Shown here: in pieces, positions 42,901-57,900 of the stretch
Numbering within the stretch: the first letter of the stretch is position 1
Layout: each line of letters opens with the position of its first letter
Source: Eledone cirrhosa
Lineage: Eukaryota
NCBI GenBank assembly: GCA_964016885.1
Contig: OZ024743.1
Span: 22,444,001 to 22,508,000 of the forward strand
Reading direction: 5' to 3'
Length of the DNA stretch: 64,000 nt
The notes under the pieces: model-generated
What the model was told of the DNA's origin: nothing
What the model saw: only the letters and a program-made list of their open reading frames with translations
Databases searched by the model: none
Program-made: the position numbers and the translations under genes

Positions 42901-45900
42901 TATACAGACAGCAACAGTTATAGTGACAGCAACAGTTATACAGACAGCAACAGTTATAGTGACAGCAACAGTTATACAGCCAGCACCAGTTATAGTGACA
43001 GCAACAGTTATACAGACAGTAACAGTTATACAGCCAGCACCAGTTATAGTGACAGCAACAGTTATACAGACAGTAACAGTTATAGTGACAGCAACAGTTA
43101 TAGTGACAGCAACAGTTATAGTGACAGCAACAGTTATAGTGACAGCAACAGTTATAGTGACAGCAACAGTTATAGTGACAGCAACAGTTATACAGACAGC
43201 AACAGTTATACAGACAGCAACAGTTATAGTGACAGCAACAGTTATAGTGACAGCAGCAGTTATAGTGACAGCAACAGTTATAGTGACAGCAACAGTTATA
43301 GTGACAGCAACTGTTATACAGACAGCAAGTTATAGTGACAGCAACAGTTATACAGACAGCAACAGTTATACAGACAGGAACAGTTATAGTGACAGCAACA
43401 GTTATAGTGACAGCAACAGTTATACAGACAGCAACAGTTATACAGACAGCAACAGTTATACAGACAGCAACAGTTATACAGACAGCAACAGTTATAGTGA
43501 CAGCAACAGTTATAGTGACAGCAACAGTTATAGTGACAGCAACAGTTATAGTGACAGCAACAGTTATAGTGACAGCAACAGTTATAGTGACAGCAACAGT
43601 TATAGTGACAGCAACAGTTATAGTGACAGCAACAGTTATAGTGACAGCAACAGTTATAGTGACAGCAACAGTTATAGTGACAGCAGCAGTTATAGTGACA
43701 GCAACAGTTATAGTGACAGCAACAGTTATAGTGACAGCAACAGTTATACAGACAGCAACAGTTATACAGACAGGAACAGTTATACAGACAGCAACAGTTA
43801 TAGTGACTGCAACAGTTATACAGACAGCAACAGTTATACAGACAGCAACAGTTATAGTGACAGCAACAGTTATACAGACAGCAACAGTTATACAGACAGC
43901 AACAGTTATAGTGACTGCAACAGTTATACAGACAGCAACAGTTATAGTGACAGCAACAGTTATAGTGACAGCAACAGTTATAGTGACAGCAACAGTTATA
44001 GTGACAGCAACAGTTATAGTGACAGCAACAGTTATAGTGACAGCAACAGTTATAGTGACAGCAACAGTTATAGTGACAGCAACAGTTATAGTGACAGCAA
44101 CAGTTATAGTGACAGCAACAGTTATAGTGACAGCAACAGTTATAGTGACAGCAACAGTTATAGTGACAGCAACAGTTATAGTGACAGCAACAGTTATACA
44201 GACAGCAACAGTTATAGTGACAGCAACAGTTATACAGACAGTAACAGTTATACAGCCAGCACCAGTTATAGTGACAGCAACAGTTATACAGACAGTAACA
44301 GTTATACAGCCAGCACCAGTTATAGTGACAGCAACAGTTATACAGACAGTAACAGTTATACAGCCAGCACCAGTTATAGTGACAGCAACAGTTATACAGA
44401 CAGTAACAGTTATAGTGACAGCAACAGTTATAGTGACAGCAACAGTTATAGTGACAGCAACAGTTATAGTGACAGCAACAGTTATAGTGACAGCAACAGT
44501 TATACAGACAGCAACAGTTATACAGACAGCAACAGTTATAGTGACAGCAACAGTTATAGTGACAGCAGCAGTTATAGTGACAGCAACAGTTATAGTGACA
44601 GCAACAGTTATAGTGACAGCAACAGTTATACAGACAACAAGTTATAGTGACAGCAACAGTTATACAGACAGCAACAGTTATACAGACAGGAACAGTTATA
44701 GTGACAGCAACAGTTATACAGACAGCAACAGTTATACAGACAGCAACAGTTATACAGACAGAAACAGTTATACAGACAGCAACAGTTATACAGACAGCAA
44801 CAGTTATAGTGACTGCAACAGTTATACAGACAGCAACAGTTATAGTGACAGCAACAGTTATAGTGACAGCAACAGTTATAGTGACAGCAACAGTTATAGT
44901 GACAGCAACAGTTATAGTGACAGCAACAGTTATAGTGACAGCAACAGTTATAGTGACAGCAACAGTTATAGTGACAGCAACAGTTATAGTGACAGCAACA
45001 GTTATAGTGACAGCAACAGTTATTTTGACAGCAACAGTTATAGTGACAGCAACAGTTATAGTGACAGCAACAGTTATAGTGACAGCAACAGTTATAGTGA
45101 CAGCAACAGTTATAGTGACAGCAACAGTTATAGTGACAGCAACAGTTATAGTGACAGCAACAGTTATAGTGACAGCAACAGTTATAGTGACAGCAACAGT
45201 TATACAGACAGCAACAGTTATACAGACAGCAACAGTTATAGTGACAGCAACAGTTATTGTGACAGCAACAGTTATAGTGACAGTAATAGTTATACAGACA
45301 GCAACAGTTATACAGACAGCAACAGTTATACAGACAACAACAGTTATAGTGACAGCAACAGTTATAGTGACGGCAACAGTTATAGTGACAGCAACAGTTA
45401 TAGTGACAGCAACAGTTATAGTGACAGCAACAGTTATAGTGACAGCAACAGTAATAGTGACAGCAACAGTTATAGTGACAGCAACAGTTATAGTGACAGC
45501 AACAGTAATAGTGACAGCAACAGTTATAGTGACAGCAACAGTTATAGTGACAGCAACAGTTATAGTGACAGCAACAGTTATAGTGACAGCAACAGTTATA
45601 GTGACAGCAACAGTTATAGTGACAGCAACAGTTATAGTGACAGCAACAGTTATAGTGACAGCAACAGTTATAGTGACAGCAACAGTTATAGTGACAGCAA
45701 CAGTTATAGTGACAGCAACAGTTATAGTGACAGCAACAGTTATAGTGACAGCAACAGTTATAGTGACAGCAACAGTTATAGTGACAGCAACAGTTATAGT
45801 GACAGCAACAGTTATACAGACAGCAACAGTTATACAGACAGCAACAGTTATAGTGACAGCAACAGTTATTGTGACAGCAACAGTTATAGTGACAGTAACA

Positions 45901-48900
45901 GTTATACAGACAGCAACAGTTATACAGACAGCAACAGTTATACAGACAACAACAGTTATAGTGACAGCAACAGTTATAGTGACGGCAACAGTTATAGTGA
46001 CAGCAACAGTTATAGTGACAGCAACAGTTATAGTGACAGCAACAGTTATAGTGACAGCAACAGTTATAGTGACAGCAACAGTTATAGTGACAGCAACAGT
46101 TATAGTGACAGCAACAGTTATAGTGACAGCAACAGTTATAGTGACAGCAACAGTTATAGTGACAGCAACAGTTATAGTGACAGTAACAGTTATACAGACA
46201 GCAACAGTTATCCAGACAGCAACAGTTATACAGACAGCAACAGTTATACAGACAGCAACAGTTATAGTGACAGCAACAGTTATAGTGACAGCAACAGTTA
46301 TAGTGACAGCAACAGTTATAGTGACAGCAACAGTTATACAGACAGCAACAGTTATACAGACAGCAACAGTTATAGTGACAGCAACAGTTATACAGACAGC
46401 AACAGTTATAGTGACAGCAACAGTTATACAGACAGCAACAGTTATACAGACAGCAACAGTTATAGTGACAGCAACAGTTATAGTGACAGCAACAGTTATA
46501 CAGACAGCAACAGTTATAGTGACAGCAACAGTTATACAGACAGCAACAGTTATAGTGACAGCAACAGTTATAGTGACAGCAACAGTTATAGTGACAGCAA
46601 CAGTTATACAGACAGCAACAGTTATACAGACAGCAACAGTTATACAGACAGCAACAGTTATAGTGACAGCAACAGTTATACAGACAGCAACAGTTATAGT
46701 GACAGCAACAGTTATAGTGACAGCAACAGTTATAGTAACAGCAACAGTTATACAGACAGTAACAGTTATACAGCCAGCACCAGTTATAGTGACAGCAACA
46801 GTTATACAGACAGCAACAGGTATAGTGACAGCAACAGTTATAGTGACAGCAACAGTTATAGTGACAGCAACAGTTATACAGACAGCAACAGTTATAGTGA
46901 CAGCAACAGTTATACAGACAGCAAAAGTTATAGTGACAGCAACAGTTATACAGACAGCAACAGTTATACAGACAGCAACAGTTATACAGACAGCAACAGT
47001 TATAGTGACAGCAACAGTTATAGTGACAGCAACAGTTATACAGACAGCAACAGTTATACAGACAGCAACAGTTATACAGACAGCAACAGTTATACAGACA
47101 GCAACAGTTATAGTGACAGCAACAGTTATACAGACAGCAACAGTTATAGTGACAGCAACAGTTATAGTGACAGCAACAGTTATAGTGACAGCAACAGTTA
47201 TAGTGACAGCAACAGTTATAGTGACAGCAACAGTTATAGTGACAGCAACAGTTATAGTGACAGCAACAGTTATAGTGACAGCAACAGTTATAGTGACAGC
47301 AACAGTTATACAGACAGCAACAGTTATAGTGACAGCAACAGTTATAGTGACAGCAACAGTTATAGTGACAGCAACAGTTATAGTGACAGCAACAGTTATA
47401 GTGAAAGCAACAGTTATACAGACAGCAACAGTTATAGTGACAGCAACAGTTATAGTGACAGCAACAGTTATAGTGACAGCAACAGTTATACAGACAGCAA
47501 CAGTTATAGTGACAGCAACAGTTATACTGACAGCAACAGTTATAGTGACAGCAACAGTTATAGTGACAGCAACAGTTATAGTGACAGCAACAGTTATAGT
47601 GACAGCAACAGTTATAGTGACAGCAACAGTTATACAGACAGCAACAGTTATAGTGACAGCAACAGTTATACTGACAGCAACAGTTATAGTGACAGCAACA
47701 GTTATAGTGACAGCAACAGTTATAGTGACAGCAACAGTTATAGTGACAGCAACAGTTATAGTGACAGCAACAGTTATACAGACAGCAACAGTTATAGTGA
47801 CAGCAACAGTTATACAGACAGCAACAGTTATACAGACAGCAACAGTTATAGTGACAGCAACAGTTATACTGACAGCAACAGTTATAGTGACAGCAACAGT
47901 TATAGTGACAGCAACAGTTATAGTGACAGCAACAGTTATACAGACAGCAACAGTTATACAGACAGCAACAGTTATACAGACAGCAACAGTTATACAGACA
48001 GCAACAGTTATAGTGACAGCAACAGTTATAGTGACAGCAACAGTTATAGTGACAGCAACAGTTATAGTGACAGCAACAGTTATAGTGACAGCAACAGTTA
48101 TACAGACAGCAACAGTTATAGTGACAGCAACAGTTATACAGACAGCAACAGTTATACAGACAGCAACAGTTATAGTGACAGCAACAGTTATACTGACAGC
48201 AACAGTTATAGTGACAGCAACAGTTATAGTGACAGCAACAGTTATAGTGACAGCAACAGTTATACAGACAGCAACAGTTATACAGACAGCAACAGTTATA
48301 GTGACAGCAACAGTTATACAGACAGCAACAGTTATAGTGACAGCAACAGTTATAGTGACAGCAACAGTTATAGTGACAGCAACAGTTATAGTGACAGCAA
48401 CAGTTATAGTGACAGCAACAGTTATAGTGACAGTAACAGTTATAGTGACAGCAACAGTTATAGTGACAACAACAGTTATAGTGACAGCAACAGTTATAGT
48501 GACAGCAACAGTTATAGTGACAGCAACAGTTATAGTGACAGCAACATTATATAGTGACAGCAACAGTTATACAGACAGCAACAGTTATACAGACAGCAAC
48601 AGTTATACAGACAGCAACAGTTATAGTGACAGCAACAGTTATAGTGACAGCAACAGTTATACAGACAGCAACAGTTATAGTGACAGCAACAGTTATAGTG
48701 ACAGCAACAGTTATACAGACAGCAACAGTTATACAGACAGCAACAGTTATAGTGACAGCAACAGTTATAGTGACAGCAACAGTTATACAGACAGCAACAG
48801 TTATAGTGACAGCAACAGTTATAGTGACAGCAACAGTTATAGTGACAGCAACAGTTATACAGACAGCAACAGTTATACAGACAGCAACAGTTATAGTGAC

Positions 48901-51900
48901 AGCAACAGTTATAGTGACAGCAACAGTTATACAGACAGCAACAGTTATACAGACAGCAACAGTTATAGTGACAGCAACAGTTATAGTGACAGCAACAGTT
49001 ATAGTGACAGCAACAGTTATACAGACAGCAACAGTTATAGTGACAGCAACAGTTATAGTGACAGCATCAGTTATACAGACAGCAACAGTTATAGTGACAG
49101 CAACAGTTATAGTGACAGCAACAGTTATAGTGACAGCATCAGTTATACAGACAGCAACAGTCATAGTGACAGCAACAATTATACAGACAGCAACAATTAT
49201 ACAGACAGCAACAGTTATAGTGACAGCAACAGTTATACAGACAGCAACAGTTATAGTGACAGCAACAGTTATAGTGACAGCAACAGTTATACAGACAGCA
49301 ACAGTTATAGTGACAGCACCAGTTATACAGACAGCAACAGTTATACAGACAGCAACAGTTATAGTGACAGCACCAGTTATACAGACAGCAACAGTTATAC
49401 AGACAGCAACAGTTATACAGACAGCAACAGTTATAGTGACAGCAACAGTTATAGTGACAGCAACAGTTATAGTGACAGCAACAGTTATAGTGACAGCACC
49501 AGTTATACAGACAGCAACAGTCATAGTGACAGCAACAATTATACAGACAGCAACAGCTATAGTGACAGCAACAGTTATAGTGACAGCAACAGTTATACAG
49601 ACAGCAAAAGTTATAGTGACAGCAACAGTTATACAGACAGCAACAGTTATACAGACAGCAACGGTTATAGTGACAGCAACAGTTATACAAACAGCAACAG
49701 TTATAGTGACAGCAACAGTTATACAGACAGCAACAGTTATAGTGACAGCAACAGTTATAGTGACAGCAACAGTTATAGTGACAGCAACAGTTATAGTGAC
49801 AGCAACAGTTATAGTGACAGCAACAGTTATAGTGACAGCAACAGTTATACAGACAGCAACAGTTATAGTGACAGCAACAGTTATACAGACAGCAACAGTT
49901 ATAGTGACAGCAACAGTTATAGTGACAGCAACAGTTATAGTGACAGCAACAGTTATAGTGACAGCAACAGTTATAGTGACAGCAACAGTTATAGTGACAG
50001 CAACAGTTATACAGACAGCAACAGTTATAGTGACAGCAACAGTTATACAGACAGCAACAGTTATAGTGACAGCAACAGTTATAGTGACAGCAACAGTTAT
50101 AGTGACAGCAACAGTTATAGTGACAGCAACAGTTATACAGACAGCAACAGTTATAGTGACAGCAACAGTTATAGTGACAGCAACAGTTATACAGACAGCA
50201 ACAGTTATAGTGACAGCAACAGTTATAGTGACAGCAACAGTTATACAGACAGCAACAGTTATAGTGACAGCAACAGTTATAGTGACAGCAACAGTTATAG
50301 TGACAGCAACAGTTATAGTGACAGCAACAGTTATAGTGACAGCAACAGTTATACAGACAGCAACAGTTATAGTGACAGCAACAGTTATAGTGACAGCAAC
50401 AGTTATAGTGACAGCAACAGTTATAGTGACAGCAACAGTTATACAGACAGCAACAGTTATACAGACAGCAACAGTTATAGTGACAGCAACAGTTATAGTG
50501 ACAGCAACAGTTATAGTGACAGCAACAGTTATAGTGACAGCAACAGTTATACAGACAGCAACAGTTATAGTGACAGCAACAGTTATAGTGACAGCAACAG
50601 TTATAGTGACAGCAACAGTTATAGTGACAGCAACAGTTATAGTGACAGCAACAGTTATAGTGACAGCAACAGTTATAGTGACAGCAACAGTTATAGTGAC
50701 AGCAACAGTTATACAGACAACAACAGTTATAGTGACAGCAACAATTATAGTGACAGCAACAGTTATAGTGACAGCAACAGTTATAGTGACAGCAACAGTA
50801 TATAGTGACAGCAACAGTTATACAGACAGCAACAGTTATAGTGACAGCAACAGTTATAGTGACAGCAACAGTTATAGAGACAGCAACAGTTATAGTGACA
50901 GCAACAGTTATAGTGACAGCAACAGTTATAGAGACAGCAACAGTTATAGTGACAGCAACAGTTATAGTGACAGCAACAGTTATACAGACAGCAACAGTTA
51001 TAGTGACAGCAACAGTTATAGTGACAGCAACAGTTATAGTGACAGCAACAGTTATACAGACAGCAACAGTTATACAGACAGCAACAGTTATAGTGACAGC
51101 AACAGTTATAGTGACAGCAACAGTTATGGTGACAGCAACAGTTATAGTGACAGCAACAGTTATAGTGACAGCAACAGTTATAGTGACAGCAACAGTTATA
51201 GTGACAGCAACAGTTATAGTGACAGCAACAGTTATAGTGACAGCAACAGTTATAGTGACAGCAACAGTTATAGTGACAGCAACAGTTATACAGACAACAA
51301 CAGTTATAGTGACAGCAACAATTATAGTGACAGCAACAGTTATAGTGACAGCAACAGTTATAGTGACAGCAACAGTATATAGTGACAGCAACAGTTATAC
51401 AGACAGCAACAGTTATAGTGACAGCAACAGTTATAGTGACAGCAACAGTTATAGTGACAGCAACAGTTATACAGACAGCAACAGTTATAGTGACAGCAAC
51501 AGTTATAGTGACAGCATCAGTTATACAGACAGCAACAGTTATAGTGACAGCAACAGTTATAGTGACAGCATCAGTTATACAGACAGCAACAGTCAGTGAC
51601 AGCAACAGTTATAGTGACAGCAACAGTTATAGTGACAGCAACAATTATACAGACAGCAACAATTATACAGACAGCAACAGTTATAGTGACAGCAACAGTT
51701 ATACAGACAGCAACAGTTATAGTGACAGCAACAGTTATAGTGACAGCATCAGTTATACAGACAGCAACAGTTATAGTGACAGCATCAGTTATACAGACAG
51801 CAACAGTTATAGTGACAGCAACAGTTATAGTGACAGCATCAGTTATACAGACAGCAACAGTCAGTGACAGCAACAGTTATAGTGACAGCAACAGTTATAG

Positions 51901-54900
51901 TGACAGCAACAATTATACAGACAGCAACAATTATACAGACAGCAACAGTTATAGTGACAGCAACAGTTATACAGACAGCAACAGTTATAGTGACAGCAAC
52001 AGTTATAGTGACAGCAACAGTTATACAGACAGCAACAGTTATAGTGACAGCACGAGTTATACAGACAGCAACAGTCATAGTGACAGCAACAATTATACAG
52101 ACAGCAACAGCTATAGTGACAGCAACAGTTATAGTGACAGCAACAGTTATACAGACAGCAACAGTTATAGTGACAGCAACAGTTATAGTGACAGCATCAG
52201 TTATACAGACAGCAACAGTTATAGTGACAGCAACAGTTATAGTGACAGCAACAGTTATAGTGACAGCAACAGTTATAGTGACAGCAACAGTTATAGTGAC
52301 AGCAACAGTTATAGTGACAGCAACAGTTATACAGACAGCAACAGTTATAGTGACAGCAACAGTTACACAGACAGCAAAAGTTATAGTGACAGCAACAGTT
52401 ATACAGACAGCAACAGTTATACAGACAGCAACAGTTATAGTGACAGCAACAGTTATACAGACAGCAACAGTTATACAGACAGCAACAGTTATAGTGACAG
52501 CAACAGTTATAGTGACAGCAACAGTTATAGTGACAGCAACAGTTATACAGACAGCAACAGTTATAGTGACAGCAACAGTTATAGTGACAGCAACAGTTAT
52601 AGTGACAGCAACAGTTATAGTGACAGCAACAGTTATAGTGACAGCAACAGTTATAGTGACAGCAACAGTTATACAGACAGCAACAGTTATAGTGACAGCA
52701 ACAGTTATAGTGACAGCAACAGTTATACAGACAGCAACAGTTATAGTGACAGCAACAGTTATAGTGACAGCAACAGTTATAGTGACAGTAACAGTTATAG
52801 TGACAGCAACAGTTATACAGACAGCAACAGTTATAGTGACAGCAACAGTTATAGTGACAGCAACAGTTATAGTGACAGCAACAGTTATACAGACAGCAAC
52901 AGTTATAGTGACAGCAACAGTTATAGTGACAGCAACAGTTATAGTGACAGCAACAGTTATAGTGACAGCAACAGTTATAGTGACAGCAACAGTTATACAG
53001 ACAACAACAGTTATAGTGACAGCAACAGTTATAGTGACAGCAACAGTTATAGTGACAGCAACAGTTATACAGACAGCAACAGTTATAGTGACAGCAACAG
53101 TTATAGTGACGGCAACAGTTATACAGACAGCAACAGTTATAGTGACAGCAACAGTTATAGTGACAGCAACAGTTATAGTGACAGCAACAGTTATACAGAC
53201 AGCAACAGTTATAGTGACAGCAACATTTATAGTGACAGCAACAGTTATAGTGACAGCAACAGTTATAGTGACAGCAACAGTTATACAGACAGCAACAGTT
53301 ATAGTGACAGCAACAGTTATACAGACAGCAACAGTTATAGTGACAGCAACAGTTATACAGACAGCAACAGTTATAGTGACAGCAACAGTTATAGTGACAG
53401 CAACAGTTATAGTGACAGCAACAGTTATACAGACAGCAACAGTTATAGTGACAGCAACAGTTATAGTGACAGCAACAGTTATAGTGACAGCAACAGTTAT
53501 ACAGACAGCAACAGTTATAGTGACAGCAACAGTTATACAGACAGCAACAGTTATACAGACAGCAACAGTTATAGTGACAGCAACAGTTATACAGACAGCA
53601 ACAGTTATAGTGACAGCAACAGTTATAGTGACAGCAACAGTTATAGTGACAGCAACAGTTATACAGACAGCAACAGTTATAGTGACAGCAACAGTTATAC
53701 AGACAGCAACAGTTATACAGACAGCAACAGTTATAGTGACAGCAACAGTTATAGTGACAGCAACATTTATAGTGACAGCAACAGTTATAGTGACAGCAAC
53801 AGTTATACAGACAGCAACAGTTATAGTGACAGCAACAGTTATAGTGACAGCAACAGTTATAGTGACAGCAACAGTTATACAGACAGCAACAGTTATAGTG
53901 ACAGCAACAGTTATACAGACAGCAACAGTTATAGTGACAGCAACAGTTATACAGACAGCAACAGTTATAGTGACAGCAACAGTTATAGTGACAGCAACAG
54001 TTATAGTGACAGCAACAGTTATAGTGACAGCAACAGTTATACAGACAGCAACAGTTATAGTGACAGCAACAGTTATAGTGACAGCAACAGTTATAGTGAC
54101 AGCAACAGTTATACAGACAGCAACAGTTATAGTGACAGCAACAGTTATACAGACAGCAACAGTTATACAGACAGCAACAGTTATAGTGACAGCAACAGTT
54201 ATACAGACAGCAACAGTTATAGTGACAGCAACAGTTATAGTGACAGCAACAGTTATAGTGACAGCAACAGTTATACAGACAGCAACAGTTATAGTGACAG
54301 CAACAGTTATACAGACAGCAACAGTTATACAGACAGCAACAGTTATAGTGACAGCAACAGTTATAGTGACAGCAACATTTATAGTGACAGCAACAGTTAT
54401 AGTGACAGCAACAGTTATACAGACAGCAACAGTTATACAGACAGCAACAGTTATAGTGACAGCAACAGTTATAGTGACAGCAACAGTTATACAGACAGCA
54501 ACAGTTATAGTGACAGCAACAGTTATAGTGACAGCATCAGTTATACAGACAGCAACAGTTATAGTGACAGCAACAGTTATAGTGACAGCAACAGTTATAG
54601 TGACAGCATCAGTTATACAGACAGCAACAGTCATAGTGACAGCAACAATTATACAGACAGCAACAATTATACAGACAGCAACAGTTATAGTGACAGCAAC
54701 AGTTATACAGACAGCAACAGTTATAGTGACAGCAACAGTTATAGTGACAGCATCAGTTATACAGACAGCAACAGTCAGTGACAGCAACAATTATACAGAC
54801 AGCAACAATTATACAGACAGCAACAGTTATAGTGACAGCAACAGTTATACAGACAGCAACAGTTATAGTGACAGCAACAGTTATAGTGACAGCAACAGTT

Positions 54901-57900
54901 ATAGTGACAGCAACAGTTATAGTGACAGCAACAGTTATACAGACAGCAACAGTTATAGTGACAGCAACAGTTATACAGACAGCAACAGTTATAGTGACAG
55001 CAACAGTTATACAGACAGCAACAGTTATAGTGACAGCAACAGTTATAGTGACAGCAACAGTTATAGTGACAGCAACAGTTATACAGACAGCAACAGTTAT
55101 AGTGACAGCAACAGTTATACAGACAGTAACAGTTATAGTGACAGCAACAGTTATAGTGACAGCAACAGTTATAGTGACAGCAACAGTTATACAGACAGCA
55201 ACAGTTATACAGACAGCAACAGTTATACTGACAGTAACAGTTATAGTGACAGTAACAGTTATAGTGACAGCAACAGTTATACAGACAGCAACAGTTATAC
55301 AGACAGCAACAGTTATACAGACAGCAACAGTTATAGTGACAGCAACAGTTATACAGACAGCAACAGTTATAGTGACAGCATCAGTTATAGTGACAGCAAC
55401 AGTTATACAGACAGCAACAGTTATACAGATAGCAACAGTTATACAGACAGCTACAGTTATAGTGACAGCAACAGTTATACAGACAGCAACAGTTATAGTG
55501 ACAGCAACAGTTATACAGACAGCAACAGTTATAGTGACAGTAACAGTTATAGTGACAGCAACAGTTATAGTGACAGCAACAGTTATAGTGACAGCAACAG
55601 TTATAGTGACAGCAACAGTTATAGTGACAGCAACAGTTATAATGACAGCAACAGTTATAGTGACAGCAAACAGTTATAGTGACAGCAACAGTTATAGTGA
55701 CAGCAACAGTTATACAGACAGTAACAGTTATAGTGACAGCAATAGTTATACAGACAGCAACAGTTATAGTGACAGCAACAGTTATACAGACAGCAACAGT
55801 TATACAGACAGCAACAGTTATACAGACAGCAACAGTTATACAGACAGCAACAGTTATACAGACAGCAACAGTTATAGTGACAGCAACAGTTATAGTGACA
55901 GCAACAGTTATAGTGACAGCAACAGTTATAGTGACAGCAACAGTTATAGTGACAGCAACAGTTATAGTGACAGCAACAGTTATAGTGACAGCAACAGTTA
56001 TACAGACAGCAACAGTTATAGTGACAGCAACAGTTATAGTGACAGCAACAGTTATAGTGACAGCAACAGCTATAGTGACAGCAACAGTTATACAGACAGC
56101 AACAGTTATAGTGACAGCAACAGTTATAGTGACAGCAACAGTTATAGTGACAGCAACAGTTATACAGACAGCAACAGTTATAGTGACAGCATCAGTTATA
56201 GTGACAGCATCAGTTATAGTGACAGCATCAGTTATAGTGACAGTAACAGTTATAGTGACAGCAACAGTTATAGTGACAGCAACAGTTATAGTGACAGCAA
56301 CAGTTATACAGACAGCAACAGTTATAGTGACAGCAACAGTTATAGTGACAGAAAAAGTTATAGTGACAGCAACAGTTATACAGACAGCAACAGTTATACA
56401 GACAGCAACAGTTATAGTGACAGCAACAGTTATAGTGACAGCAACAGTTATAGTGACAGCAACACCTATAGTGACAGCAACAGTTATAGTGACAGCAACA
56501 GTTATAGTGACAGAAAAAGTTATAGTGACAGCAACAGTTATACAGACAGCAACAGTTATACAGACAGCAACAGTTATAGTGACAGCAACAGTTATAGTGA
56601 CAGCAACAGTTATAGTGACAGCAACAGTTATAGTGACAGCAACAGTTATACAGACAGCAACAGTTATACAGACAGCAACAGTTATACAGACAGCAACAGT
56701 TATAGTTACAGTAACAGTTATAGTGACATCAACAGTTACAGTGACAGCAACAGTTATACAGACAGCAACAGTTATACAGACAGCAACAGTTATAGTGACA
56801 GTAACAGTTATAGTGACAGCAACAGTTATAGTGACAGCAACAGTTATACAGACAGCAACAGTTATACAGACAGCAACAGTTATAGTGACAGTAACAGTTA
56901 TAGTGACAGAAAAAGTTATAGTGACAGCAACAGTTATAGTGACAGCAACAGTTATACAGACAGCAACAGTTATACAGACAGCAACAGTTATAGTGACAGT
57001 AACAGTTATAGTGACAGCAACAGTTATAGTGACAGCAACAGTTATACAGACAGTAACAGTTATAGTGACAGCAACAGTTATAGTGACAGCAACAGTTATA
57101 GTGACAGCAACAGTTATAGTGACAGCAACAGTTATAGTGACAGCAACAGTTATACAGACAGCAACAGTTATAGTGACAGTAACAGTTATAGTGACAGCAA
57201 CAGTTATACAGACAGCAACAGTTATAGTGACAGCAACAGTTATACAGACAGCAACAGTTATAGTGACAGTAACAGTTATAGTGACAGCAACAGTTATAGT
57301 GACAGCAACAGTTATAGTGACAGCAACAGTTATAGTGACAGCAACAGTTATAGTGACAGCAACAGTTATAGTGACAGCAACAGTTATACAGACAGCAACA
57401 GTTATAGTGACAGCAACAGTTATACAGACAGCAACAGTTATAGTGACAGCAACAGTTATAGTGACAGCAACAGTTATACAGACAGTAACAGTTATAGTGA
57501 CAGCAACAGTTATAGTGACAGCAACAGTTATACAGACAGCAACAGTTATACAGACATCAACAGTTATACAGACAGCAACAGTTATAGTGACAGCAACAGT
57601 TATAGTGACAGCAACAGTTATAGTGACAGTAACAGTTATACAGACAGTAACAGTTATAGTGACAGCAACAGTTATACAGACAGCAACAGTTATAGTGACA
57701 GCAACAGTTATAGTGACAGCAACAGTTATAGTGACAGCAACAGTTATAGTGACAGCAACAGTTATAGTGACAGTAACAGTTATAGTGACAGCAACAGTTA
57801 TAGTGACAGCAACAGTTATAGTGACAGCAACAGTTATACAGACAGCAACAGTTATAGTGACAGCATCAGTTATACAGACAGCAACAGTTATAGTGACAGC

